A program made the position numbers and the translations under genes. This document shows, piece by piece, positions 12,872 through 25,560 of a stretch of 64,000 nucleotides of DNA. The notes under the pieces were generated by a model. That model was not told the DNA's origin and did no database searches. It saw nothing but the letters and a program-made list of their open reading frames with translations. Position 1 is the stretch's first letter. Each line of letters begins with the position of its first letter. The DNA comes from Octopus bimaculoides (lineage: Eukaryota): positions 13,587,653 to 13,651,652 of the forward strand of contig NC_069004.1 in assembly GCF_001194135.2 (NCBI RefSeq), written 5' to 3'.

Positions 12872-13169
12872 CAAGAGATGCCTGCTGTGTGCATGTGTGT
12901 TTATGTAACTCCAATTAAAACTACATACCTTACGCACAAGCTAATGAGAAAACCTCTATGTGGTCACTCATGCTTTTAGAAATAGCAGCTAGAACAAAAC
13001 TCCCTTAAATCACATTTGGTATTGGGAAAGATAAGGACACAGATAATTAAGTCCTTCCTACATGCCTTTGAAAAGACAGAACCAAGATTAGCAATAACAA
13101 CATCTCCTATACACAGAGTATTCTTCATGATGTGGACATCCTACTTGAACACAAGGACATGGATCCTCA

Positions 13170-13971
<802 letters not shown>

Positions 13972-14874
13972 ACAGATAGAAGGAACATTCAACTGACTAT
14001 GATGACCTCATTGAGCAAATCCCATCAAACATTACATAATGATTTCCTTATTGATCAGGACAAAGCTTTTACAGCTAAGAAAACTTAGGAGCAAGATGTA
14101 GAGCTGTTTATATTTTTCTTGATAGTAAATACAGTTGGCAAAACTAATCTGACAGTGATTCCATACAGGGATTTGGCCTCTATTTACTGAAAAACCTAAT
14201 ACTTTACCAATCACCCAAAACCCTTTTCTTAACCTTTTTGATATAAACTAGCCACAAACTACCTCTGCTTCTTTAATACAAAATCACCTTACATCATAGT
14301 TTTATCAAATAAACTACAAAGTTATTACCATATTTTCTGGCATCCAAGTCAAAATTTCTAGACCAAAATTTACAGCCAAAAAAGGTAGGTCAACTTATAC
14401 ATCAAGACAACTTGTGAAATGCAGCAGGATTTGGAAGAATAGTGACAATATTTACACAACATATTTATGTTATATATACAACAACTAGCGTACTAGAAAA
14501 TACAGTACACTAAATCCCTTGAAATTCAAAATTGATTGAAACAGTTATTTTTTTTTAACTGTATTGTTATGAAATGGTCAAGTACAATAGATAAAAATCT
14601 CCAAACCACTGAAATATTTTTTTATGCAAGAGCATTTCAATCTTTGAACAATGTACTATATTCAGCTGGCTGATATATTTTAGGTTGAATTAATTATAAT
14701 ACATTTTCAACCTTCTCCAGTGGCTCCATCTACAACGAACAACAACTACTATGACGACTGAAACAACACAGAGAATGTTTCAGTTAACAAATTTTAAAAT
14801 TTTAATAACTTATGATGATGTAAGAATGAAGAAAATAAAAGTGTAGAGAAAGAAAGGAAAAAGGGTCCACTTAC

Positions 14875-14938
14875 TAACTGCAAGATGCTGTCAATAGCTT
14901 TATTATAGCGATCACATAAGCTCTTCATGCTTTCATAA
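14875..14938 (-). CDS. DOT1L: DOT1L visible coding exon 2 (64 nt, phase 2-0): (S)YESMKSLCDRYNKAIDSILQL
   Basis: Acceptor ttctttctacag, donor TTA|gtaagt. Matches human [21 protein letters not shown]. Confidence 0.95.
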
Positions 14939-15089
14939 CTGTAGAAAGAAAAAATAAATAAATAAATATTAAGTTGCTACTTCACTGATATTCACATTAT
15001 TTCTCTATCAATGAAAATGAACAACAATAACAGACAGCAACTTCTTTTGATTTGGATGCAGTTGCTTTCATTTTGTTTAAAACTTTGTC

Positions 15090-15333
15090 TTCTAATGTTT
15101 ACTTTCGTTTTTTTTGATACACAACTATCATGCACAAAACCCATTTTCTGATTAAGTAAAAATTATGTATGGGCATAAATTTTCAAAACATTTTTTCATA
15201 AAAAACTTCTCAGAATCATTTCCAATGTTACGGTGAAAAAAATTTGAAAAGTGCCCATTAAAATGGAGGAAATCTAACTTATGTGGGTATGCTATTCTGA
15301 AAAATGCCCGGCAACAACAGGATACTCAGCTAG
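15090..15333 (+). mobile_element. Probable Helitron 3' terminal fragment
   Basis: Ends gcccggcaacaacaggatactcagCTAG-t, a degenerate hairpin plus CTAG. The 5' boundary is unclear. Confidence 0.4.
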
Positions 15334-15811
15334 TATATGTGTCTATATGTATGGATATAAGAGTATGACACACATCATAAAAGGGAAGGTGTGTTGCTCC
15401 TTCTATCCATAGACTAAGGTGGCACCTTAGGCAAGTGCTAACAATGCCTTAGCATCCCATGTCAGGGATATTGTGAAGATGTTAGGAGCAGGACATTGGA
15501 TAACCAGCATGGCAGGGGGGGGGGCTCCTAGACCACCGGCTTGACAGTTATTGTAGCCAAGCAAATTTGTACCATAAGACGATGGTTGGGAGCAAATGGC
15601 AAATGAGCTGCTAATATGGGGCAGACTCACTGTCAACCATGCTTACTGCATTCTTGTACACCACTTGGCACCTGGTATAGAGGCATAGAGAGACAGTCTG
15701 GTTGGGAGAATGACATCAACAACTGCCTTACTTATCCTCCAAGGCGTTCTGTTCAGAGAAAAATCTGAACAGAACAGTCAACATCGACCTACAACAGACA
15801 ACCACTACCAC

Positions 15812-15859
<48 letters not shown>

Positions 15860-16716
15860 CACATATTATACAAACACACACACACATACATACAAAAGTA
15901 ATTTGCGAATTGACAACTCATTTTGAAATGTAAACAAGACTATGATTTGAAAGTTTGCAAAAGAGAAATTTGGAATGAATTGGCAATTTGTAATTATTTT
16001 TGCAAGTGTCCTTTCTTGTAACAAATGTCTTCTTTCCTACAATGCTACCTTCATAAATTAACTACATTATGCTGTTGAGAATTGAAAACAGAAATCTATA
16101 AAGATGATGTTTTAATAAGTGACATTTAAACACTTATTTATTCATTTCACTTATTCAGGAGATAAAAATATATTTTTGTACATTCCTGGCTTCATTTTGT
16201 TTCTTTCTAAATCCCACAGTTAATCGCTGTATTTTTAAAATAACCATCAATACTTCATGTGCATGACTGTGTGTGTGAACTTCCATAACATAAAAATCAA
16301 CTGAGAGAAAATTTTTCAATTATTTTTTTTTTACTTTTTGAATATAAACTATGAAATAAAGCGAAATGTGTTTTTCCCAATAATGTGTATACCAAATAAG
16401 ATGCACTATATGCATATGTGCTATACAGTTTGTTTGTTTGTTTGTTTTTAATACACCAAGTCAAATCTTTTATTTCACAAATGCATGTATCTATGTATTC
16501 ACCATACCATTCAATATAACTCCTCCCACAACTCTTCTGTCATTTACTCCCTCTCCTCTGTTGTCACTATAATTCTTTCATCCTTTCGGGGTCAGTAAAT
16601 TAAGTACCAGTGAAAAACTGGGGTTGATGTAATCGACTAGTCCCCTCCTCACCAAATTTCAGGCCTTGTGCCTTTAGTAGAAAGGATTATTTCGTAAGAA
16701 AAGAATATTCTATACG

Positions 16717-16879
16717 AGTGGCTGTGTGGTAAATAGCTTGCTTACCAACCACATGGTTCTGGGTTCAGTCCCTCTGCGTGGCACCTTGGGCAAGTGTTTT
16801 CTACTATAGCCTCGGGCCAACCAAAGCCTTGTGAGTGGATTTGGTAGACGGAAACTGAAAGAAGCCCGTCGTATATAAG

Positions 16880-16914
<35 letters not shown>

Positions 16915-17092
16915 TTGTCCCCCCAACATCACTTGACAACTGATGCTGGTGTGCTTACATCCCCATAACTTAGCAGTTTGGCAAAAGGGATCCAATAGAA
17001 TAAGTACTAGGCTTTCCTGGGGTCGATTTACTCAACTAAAGGCGATGCCCCAGCATGGCCGCAGTCAAATGACTGAAACAAGTCAAAGAGTA
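16717..17092 (+). mobile_element. Family A SINE, full length
   Basis: Same head, core, internal microsatellite and tail. Confidence 0.92.
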
Positions 17093-17163
17093 ATACACAC
17101 AATAATAATCCTTATAAATGTTGGTTGGTTGAATTTTCCACTCACACTTTACATCAAATAGAG

Positions 17164-17421
17164 CAATGTTTCTCAGCCATTTTTCACTTAAGGACCCTTT
17201 TGGTTCCTATTTTACTCAGGTGGTCCCTCATAGCCATTTGATGTTAAAAACATCATATAATTTTTTTATAATTAAATACTATTAGGTATTGTATAAAAAT
17301 AAAAACTGTCAAAATATTTCATGTATTCTCAAAGTCTAACCAATTTATTGCAGATGAATTTTAACAACAAAATCTTATATGGACCCCTAAAGGTCATATG
17401 AACCCTGGTCGAGAACCACTG
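17164..17421. mobile_element. hAT (Charlie-like) MITE of about 250 bp
   Basis: Termini caatgtttctcagcc and ggtcgagaaccactg. Flanks aaatagag and gtatagag resemble an 8-bp NTCTAGAN-type target site duplication. Confidence 0.8.
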
Positions 17422-18284
17422 GTATAGAGTGAGGAGGAGAGAGTAAAAGAGAAACGCAAAGGGGTAGAATGAGTGCTCATAGTAGGCTTGGGTTTTCCAT
17501 ATAGTTTCTGTCAACTATATTTCATTCACAAAGCCGTTTAAAGGTTATGCTAGAAGACAATTGCCCAAGATGTTAAAAGAGGAAATTAACCAGAGAACCA
17601 TGGGATTGTGAAGCAAATGTCTTACACAACTAATGTTACATCAACATCATTATCATTTAGTGTCTGTTTTCCATGCTGGCATGGGTTAGACAGTTGGACT
17701 GGGACTGGGACTGGTAAGCCAGACAGCTGTACCAGGTTCCAATCTCTTTTGGCTCAGTTTCTATGGTTGGGTGCCCTTCCTAATGCCAACCACTCCAAGA
17801 GTGTAGTGGGTGCCTTTTATATGTTCCCAGCACTGGCCATGACTATGGTTTCATTTGGCTTGATGTGTCTTCTCAAGCACAGCATGTCGCCAAAGGTCTC
17901 GATTTGGATAGATGTAAATTGGTTTGGACGCTTTCTATTTACATTTTTCTTTTTCCTTCACACTTTGTGCAAAAGAAAAGACGTGGTGTTCATGCCCTTT
18001 TGCAAGAATATTAACAAAATAAATGAAGCAGTACCAATCAGGAGACATCATCATTATCCTAATCACATTTACATCTGCTTTTTCCATCCTGGCACAAGTT
18101 GGACAAAACTTATAAGGGGCAGTATTCTATGGCTAAATATCCTTCCAGAGACCAACCTTCTTCCTTTATTCTGGTGGTTTTTTACATCAAATTAATTGTT
18201 ATGGACATTTTGCTTATTAGAGACATAAAAGTCACTGCTGCTCTCAGCTTAGGTACCCAAATATAAACACACATATGACAGGCT

Positions 18285-18795
18285 TATTCTTTCATTCTTT
18301 TACTTGTTTCAGTTATTATACTGTGGCCATGCTGGAGCATGCTTTGAAGTATTTTTGTCAAGCAAATCAACCCCAGTATTTATTTTTAAGCCTGGTACTT
18401 ATGCTATCAGTTTCTTTTTTGCTGAACTGCTAAGTTCAGGGATATGAACACACCAACAACAGTTGTCAATCAATGGTGGGGGACAAACACAAACGCACAC
18501 AAACATATATATATGACAGACTTCTTTCAGGTTCCGTCTACCAAATCCATCCACAAGGCTTTGGTTGGCCTGAGGTTACAGTAGAAGACACTTTCCCAAG
18601 GTGCCATGCAGTGGGACTGAACCCAGAACCATGTGGTTGGGAAGCAAACCTTTCACTCACAAGGCATCAGCCAACCCGAGGCTATAGAAGATGACACTAC
18701 TTGTCTAATGTGCCAAGCAATGGGATCAAACCTGAGAAAAAAAAAAACATCTGGTTGCAAAGCAAATTACTTAACCACATAGCCATGCTTGCACC
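18285..18795 (-). mobile_element. Family A SINE in reverse orientation, with a duplicated head segment
   Basis: Reverse complement of the consensus. A second gaggctatag...aaccacatagccatgc head follows at about 18678-18790. Confidence 0.85.
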
Positions 18796-19324
18796 TACAG
18801 AAAACCTAACATTTATCTCCGATGGTAAACAGGCACACGCACGCACACACACACCATTATACACCCATTACAACACAATTCAGAAAATTTACATAATGAC
18901 TGGAGCAGATTATTTTAGTTGTATACCATTCATACAGTAATAAAAGGAAGGGCACAACTAGTTCCTGTATACTTTACCTCCATTACAAGAACCCTGATGG
19001 GATGGTCATGGTTGGAATGCCTTTGCTCATAGGTCTGTTTGATCAAGGCTGACATGGGTTGGGCTAGATAATAAGTTTGCAAAACTATTTACAAAACCCT
19101 TTGAACTAGCCCCAGATCACATACATACATTAATTCTCTGTAAAACTCATAATGTTTTAAAAATTAGGAAATTACTCAAATTATCTATACCCCACCAGCC
19201 CCACTCCTCTAATCATTATATATATACATATATATCCACTAAACTATGCACACTGAACAAAGCTAAAAGAAAAAAACATGTTAATAATACAATGAAGATA
19301 TACATACATACAAAAATACCTTAC

Positions 19325-19399
19325 CTTTTAGAGTCATAGTCCTGTAGAATTTGGTTCTCCAAAACTTCTTTCAAATCTGGGAAATCCTCACAAGCCCAC
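19325..19399 (-). CDS. DOT1L: DOT1L visible coding exon 1 of 8 (75 nt, phase 2-2): (R)WACEDFPDLKEVLENQILQDYDSK(S)
   Basis: Acceptor ttactcttag, donor AG|gtaagg. Translation aligns with human DOT1L [25 protein letters not shown] (recalled sequence). Splices in frame to 14938. Confidence 0.93.
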
Positions 19400-19452
19400 C
19401 TAAGAGTAAAAAAAAATAATGGTGATTTCTTCTTTATTGAATAATAATAATA

Positions 19453-19484
<32 letters not shown>

Positions 19485-19558
19485 CTCACATATTGACACA
19501 AGGTCAGCAATTTTGGGGGTGGGTCTAATTACCAGTATTTCACTGGTACATCTTTTTC

Positions 19559-19596
<38 letters not shown>

Positions 19597-19689
19597 TGAT
19601 GATGATGATGGTCTCACATATTGACACAAGGTCAGCAATTTCGTGGGTGGGTCTAATTACCAGTAGTTCACTGGTACATCTTTTTCTAT

Positions 19690-20495
19690 AATAATAATAA
19701 TCCTTTCTACTACAGGCACAAGGCCTGGAATTTGGGGGAGTAGCTAGTCGATTGCATCGACTGACCGCCCCCCCCCCCCCGTATGCAACTAGTGCATAAC
19801 TGGTACTTAGTTTATTGACTCTCGAAAGAATGAAAGGCAAGTCAACCTTGGAGGAATTTGAACTCAGAATGTAGCGGCAGACAAAATACCGTTAAGCATT
19901 TCGCCCGACATGCTAACGATTTTGCCAGCTCGCTGCCTTAATAATAATCTCTATATATATATAAAGCAAAGTTTGTGTGTGTGTGTGTGCGCACGCGCGT
20001 ATGTTCCATATGCATTCGAAAACTTAGTTGCCAATTTTATAATAATAATCCTTTCTACTAAAAGCACAAGGCCTGAAATTTTAGAGGAAGCGGACTAGTC
20101 GATTACATTGACCACAGTGCTTCACTGGTACTTTTTTTTATCAACCCTGAAAGGATGAAAGGTGAAGTTGACCCCAGCAGAATTTGAACTTAGAACATAA
20201 AGACAGATGAAATGTCATTAAGCATTTTGCCTGGCATGCTAACGATTCAGCCAGCTCACTACCTTAATAATAATAATGATCCTTTCTACTAAAGGCACAA
20301 GGCCTGAAATTTGGGGGAGGGGATTAGTCGATTACATTAACCCCCAGAGTTTCACTGGTACTCAATTTACCAACCCTGAAAGAATGAAAGGCAAAGTCAA
20401 CTTTGGCGGGATTTGAACTCAGAATGTAAAGACAGGCAAAATACCACGAAACATTTTGCCCAGCATGCTAGCAATTCTTCCGGCTTACTGCTTTG
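19690..20495 (-). mobile_element. Three tandem copies of SINE family E (ggc(g/a)agctggcagaa head; ...aggccttgtgcct..agtagaaagga tail)
   Basis: Units at about 19690-19940, 20040-20270 and 20275-20495, joined by (AAT)n. Other copies: 8560-9000 (2x -), 16575-16690 +, 22095-22500 (2x -), 24915-25130 +, 62605-62815 +. Confidence 0.85.
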
Positions 20496-22051
20496 ATAAT
20501 AATCTATATATATAAAGCAGGGTTTGTGTGTTTGTGTGTGTGTGTGTTCCTTATGCATTCATAAACTTAGTTGCCAATTTTGACATACGAGTTATCACAA
20601 AATTCAGTAATGTTTCAGCTACCAAATAAACTTTTAGTTTCGTTTACATATTTGCATTACAAAAATTTAACATTATAATCTTTCTATAAGTCACCTATTG
20701 TAAACAACATTTTATATCACCACCACCACTACCTCAATGTCACATTTTCTAAGAGTATGTGTCCGTCCGTGTGTGTGTGTGTGTGTGTGTTTGCACATTC
20801 ATTACATACACTAGGCTGATGATTGAGAAGTATATGTGTGTGAGTGTATGTGATGGTGTATGTGTCTGTCAGTATACATACATTTTTGTAATTGACACAC
20901 ATACATACATCTAAAGACAGAAACAGAGGGACAGAGATAGGCCTGAGGTATGTGTGAATGTATGTCTGTGTGTGTCTGTCTTAGTATATGTATGTGACTG
21001 TACCGCCCAACAGTGAAACGTGCTGATTTTGAAAAAGTTCAGTTTAGTTGTGGCCTGGATGTTGAACGAACAACAGCGTTCACTTTGAAGTACCACTGAT
21101 TGGATTTTCCCTTTCATTAAGGAAAGTTGCAGTTTAAACAGCATTAACGATTATCACTACTTATGTGCTGAAATAGTATTCTGGTTTTTATAACCAACAT
21201 GAAGATTTGGCTGATTTGACAGCACTCACAACACTCGCAAATATATCTGAAATAAAAATGTTATTATGATTATTATAACAAATTTGGAAACTTGNNNNNN
21301 NNNNATATATCTGAAATAAAAATGTTATTATGATTATTATAACAAATTTGGAAACTTGACGAAGTAGAAAGCCTTAGCAGCTCTTTCAATATAATTACAG
21401 AAATGTTATTCCAGTCCTAACATCCTTATTGTATTGCTGCTATGGTGCTTTATCAATGTGAGTATTCAATGCCACGCAACCTTTTACTGTGTTGGTCAGT
21501 ATTCATTCTACAGCCTATAACATTACACAGTTAAAATATATAGTAAGTGATGTCAAATTAATTTATGTCTTGCAACATACATCCTTCAGCAAATGTTTTA
21601 AATTAATTAACATTCACAACAGCAACATATTCCTTTGTACACACTTTGTTCAGCATTCATTTACAATTTGGATATTTTTTTTAATAAAATATAGATATTT
21701 TCAAATAATTATGAGAATATATCTTTATTGTTTACTAATCCAAATAAGAACAACAGTAACCTGGGCAACGCTGGAACATTCTACTAGTAATAATAATAAT
21801 AATTTATGAACATTGATGTAACTCTTCATGAAGGTAAATAAGCAATAAGAAGTGTGTGGTATGATTTGTAATAAACAGAGATTAACTCTGGATATTGAAT
21901 TGAACAATATTTCAATAGTATATCTATTTTCCTCAAGTTCCTTTTTCATCTTGAACCTGAGGGAGATAGACATAATATTGAAATATTGTTCAATTCAATA
22001 TACAGAATCAATCTCTATTTATTACAAATCATATCGTGCTCTTCTTATTAC

Positions 22052-22098
<47 letters not shown>

Positions 22099-22669
22099 CC
22101 TTTCTTTTCTACTATAAGCACAAGGCCTGAAACTGGGGGAGGGGGATGGTCCATTACATCAACCCCAGTACTTGGCTGGTACTTTTTCATTGACCTCGAA
22201 AGGATGAAAGGCAAAGTCAACCTTAGTGGAATTGGAACTCGGAGCGTAGCAACGGGCAACATGTTGCAAAGCATTTCGCCCGGCGTGCTAACGGTTCTGC
22301 CAGTTTGCCACCTAATAATAATCCTTTCTACAATAGGCAGAAGACCTGAAATTTTGGGCGGAGAGGGCTAGTCAATTACATTGACCATAGTGCTCAATTG
22401 GTACTTATTTTATGGGCCCCAAAAAGAAAGGCGAAGTTGACCTCAGAACCTAAAGAACCAGAAGAAATACCAACAAGCATTTTGCCTGGTGTGCTAACAA
22501 TCCAATGAACTCACAATGGTAGTGGTAGCAACAATAACAATAATATAATTTGAGGGAGGGGGCAGAGAATGAGAGGTTGCACAGTTTAGATGTAGAGTGT
22601 AGATTTGGTCAGAGAGACCCAGTTTCACAATATTGGAAAATGCAGATGTGGCATATGGTAGCCCTTTAT

Positions 22670-23710
22670 TTAACTCTTTAACATTTAAACCAGCCATATC
22701 CAGCCCAAATATTCTGCCTGTTTTATACTGAAACTGGCCACATCCAGCCTCTCACACCTACCTACAATGTTATTCTAGAAATAAACAATCATATCTTCAA
22801 AATCTTGAAGGTACAAGATATTATATGGTTAATTTTTAAAAATGTGGATCTGAATGCTAAAACACTTAAAACAGCCATATTCAACTAAAATATTCTATTT
22901 GTTTTATGGTCAAACCAACCAGACCCAACCTCTCACACCTACCTGACAATGCCGTTCTAAAAATATACAAACACACCACTGAAATCTTGAAGCTATGAGA
23001 TACTACATGGTTAATTTTTAAAAATATGGATAAATAAGCATTATATTTAATAAATTAATCTGAATGCTAAAGGGTTAAACAGACCCTGTTTTTGAAGATG
23101 GTTAATTTGCATACAGTGTGTAAAAATTAGTCTTGTTTTTTTACTTTCTTAAGTGGACTGATAAAGATTAACCCTTTAGCATTTAAACTGGCCATATCTG
23201 GCCAAAATATTCTACCTATTTTATACATAAACCAGCCAGATTTGGCCTCTCATACACATCCTATAACGTCATTCTAAAAAGAAACAATCACATAATTGAA
23301 ATCTTAAAGCTGCATGATAGACAATGTGAATGAGTAGTGTTTCAGTTGACAGAGTGAAGGCACATGGCTCATTGGGTAGAGCGTTGGGCTCACAATCATG
23401 AGGTAATGAATTTGATTCCTGGAACGGGCTGTATGTTGTGTTCTTGAACAAGACACTTTATTTCAACTTGCAAAGTCACTGGTGCCAAGCTGAATCGGCC
23501 TTTGCCTTTCCCTTGGATAACAGTGGTAGTGTGGAGAGGGGAGGCTGGTATGCATGGGCAACTGCTAGTCTCCTATAAACAACTTTGCCTGGATTTGTAC
23601 CTGGGAGGAGGGGAACTTTCTAGATACAATCCTATGGTCATTCATGACTGAAAGAGAGGAGGGGGCTTTACCCTTTACCTATGACAAAATAATCTGAATG
23701 CTAAAGGGTT
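22670..23710. mobile_element. Three consecutive family 1 piggyBac-like MITE copies; the third is split by a family B SINE
   Basis: Fused dimer 22670-23077 ending gctaaagggttaa, then ttaaccctttagc at 23168 to gctaaagggttaa near 23710. Confidence 0.8.
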
Positions 23711-25294
23711 AAACATACTCTGCTTTAGAAGTGCATTAATTTGGACTTGTATCTGTCAAATAAAATCATATTCTTTACTTTCCTTTGTTTAATTTTCATC
23801 CTATAGACATTAGAATGTATGCATGATACAGTATGAGATATTTTAGAATATTCTAAGAATTAACAAATATCAAACAAACCCTGCGTTAGATGTATATTAA
23901 TTTGCATCTGTTAAATACAATTTCGCTCTTACTTTATTTTATATTTAAATATATATTTTAAATTCAGAAATTTGGGATCCTTCTGGTCCCACCCAAGCTT
24001 ATCAAATAATTGATCTAACATTGCAGACCTATCTCTATAATGCTAAGTAGTGAACCAATTATCTTCCACAATGAAAATTTCAGTAAAATTAAAATTTTCT
24101 TTTCAAAATATATTCTTGCTGTTAAACATTTTTTCTCAAGATCTGAGTTTAAAACCAATGCTTCAATGGCTAGCATTAAAGGCTTAACTATACATCAATT
24201 TAAATTGATAGTAAAACAGGGGATCAAACAGCCTAAACCCTCTAATTTAATTTAGAGTAATTAATTCAAAATTACTTTACATCGTCTCAGATGGAGTCTG
24301 CAAATTCATGTACATATATTAAAAAGTATATAAATTAATTGCAGACCCAAATCTGAAATTAAAATTCCATATGTCTAAGTAGGACACAGTTCAACCACCT
24401 GTCAGTACAAATTGTTATTCTTTTTTTCTTTTACTTGTGTCAGTCATTTGACTGTGGCCACACCGGAGCACCATCTTTAAGAGTATTTTTAATCAAAGAA
24501 ATTGACCCCAGGACTTATTCTTTGTAAGCCTAGTACTTACTTTAACGGTCTTGTTTGCCAAACTGCTAAGTTACGGGGATGTAAACACACCAACATCAGT
24601 TGTCAAGAGATTAAACCTAAGCTTTATAAAATGCAAGTATTTAATTCCAACCCTCTATGCACAGAGTTCAAATTCTGCCAGAATCAACTTTGTTATTTAT
24701 CCTTCCAGGGATAAATAGCTGTAATTCAAAGGACCAATCTTGTCACATGCTGTGTCATGCTGAATCTCTCTGAAAATTGTGTTAAGGGTACACATGTCTG
24801 TGGAGTGCTCAACCACTTGAAAGTTTATTTCACAAACAAGCTGTTCCGTTGATCGGATCAACTGGAGGCCTCATCGTCATAAACAATGGAGTACCAGTTA
24901 ATAATTATAAATGCAGTGAGCTGGCAGAATCATCAGCACACTGGACAAAATGCTTAGTGGCATTTCTTTTGGCTTTATGTTCAAAGTTCAAATTCTGCAA
25001 GGGTTGAATTTTCCTTTCATCCTTTCAAGGTTGATAAAATAAGTACTGGTTGAACACAGAAGCTGATGTAATTGACTAATCTCACACAGCCAAATTTCAA
25101 GCCTTTGGGCCTAAAGAAGAAGGACTTTTCATCTTTTTTTTTTTTCCAAATTTTCTTTTTGAGGTGTTTACTACCAAATTCAAAGACATAATGATCTCAA
25201 ACTTGGTTTATTGAGACAAAACCATGAAACCTACAATCACACAAAAAAAACGAAAAGTTAGGTTTCAAGCTCCTAATTTCCCCAACCTAACTAT

Positions 25295-25560
25295 GAAGGT
25301 ACATGGCCTAGTGGTTAGGCTGTTGCACTCACGATCACTAGATTATGGGTTCGATTCTCTGACTGGGCGATGCATTGTGTTCTTGAGCAAAATACTTCAT
25401 TTCACATTGCTCCAGCCCCCCTTCTGATCAGGTGGGGAATATTGGTCTGCTCTCCTAGCCAGCGGGGTGGAATCATTTGAAGGCTAAAACAATACAAAAA
25501 TGCACTGTGACCAGTGATGTGTAACAACATCTGATAGCCTGGTCGGTCATGTGATCACAG
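25295..25560 (+). mobile_element. tRNA-derived SINE, family D (second copy about 42014-42310)
   Basis: tggcctagtggttagg head and shared tail aaatgcactgtgac...acaacatctgatag.ctgg. Confidence 0.75.

Noticed and set aside
17608-18195. 195-aa plus-strand ORF
   Set aside because: It runs largely through a reversed (GAT)n-tailed retroelement piece inside a DOT1L intron, on the antisense strand, with no domain signal.
19437-20495. Repeat-spacer-like periodicity suggestive of a CRISPR array
   Set aside because: The context is eukaryotic, the units are SINE pieces and microsatellites, and there are no unique spacers or cas genes.
21241-21358. 54-bp direct repeat on either side of a 10-N gap
   Set aside because: This is the typical pattern of an unmerged contig overlap, so it is treated as an assembly artefact.
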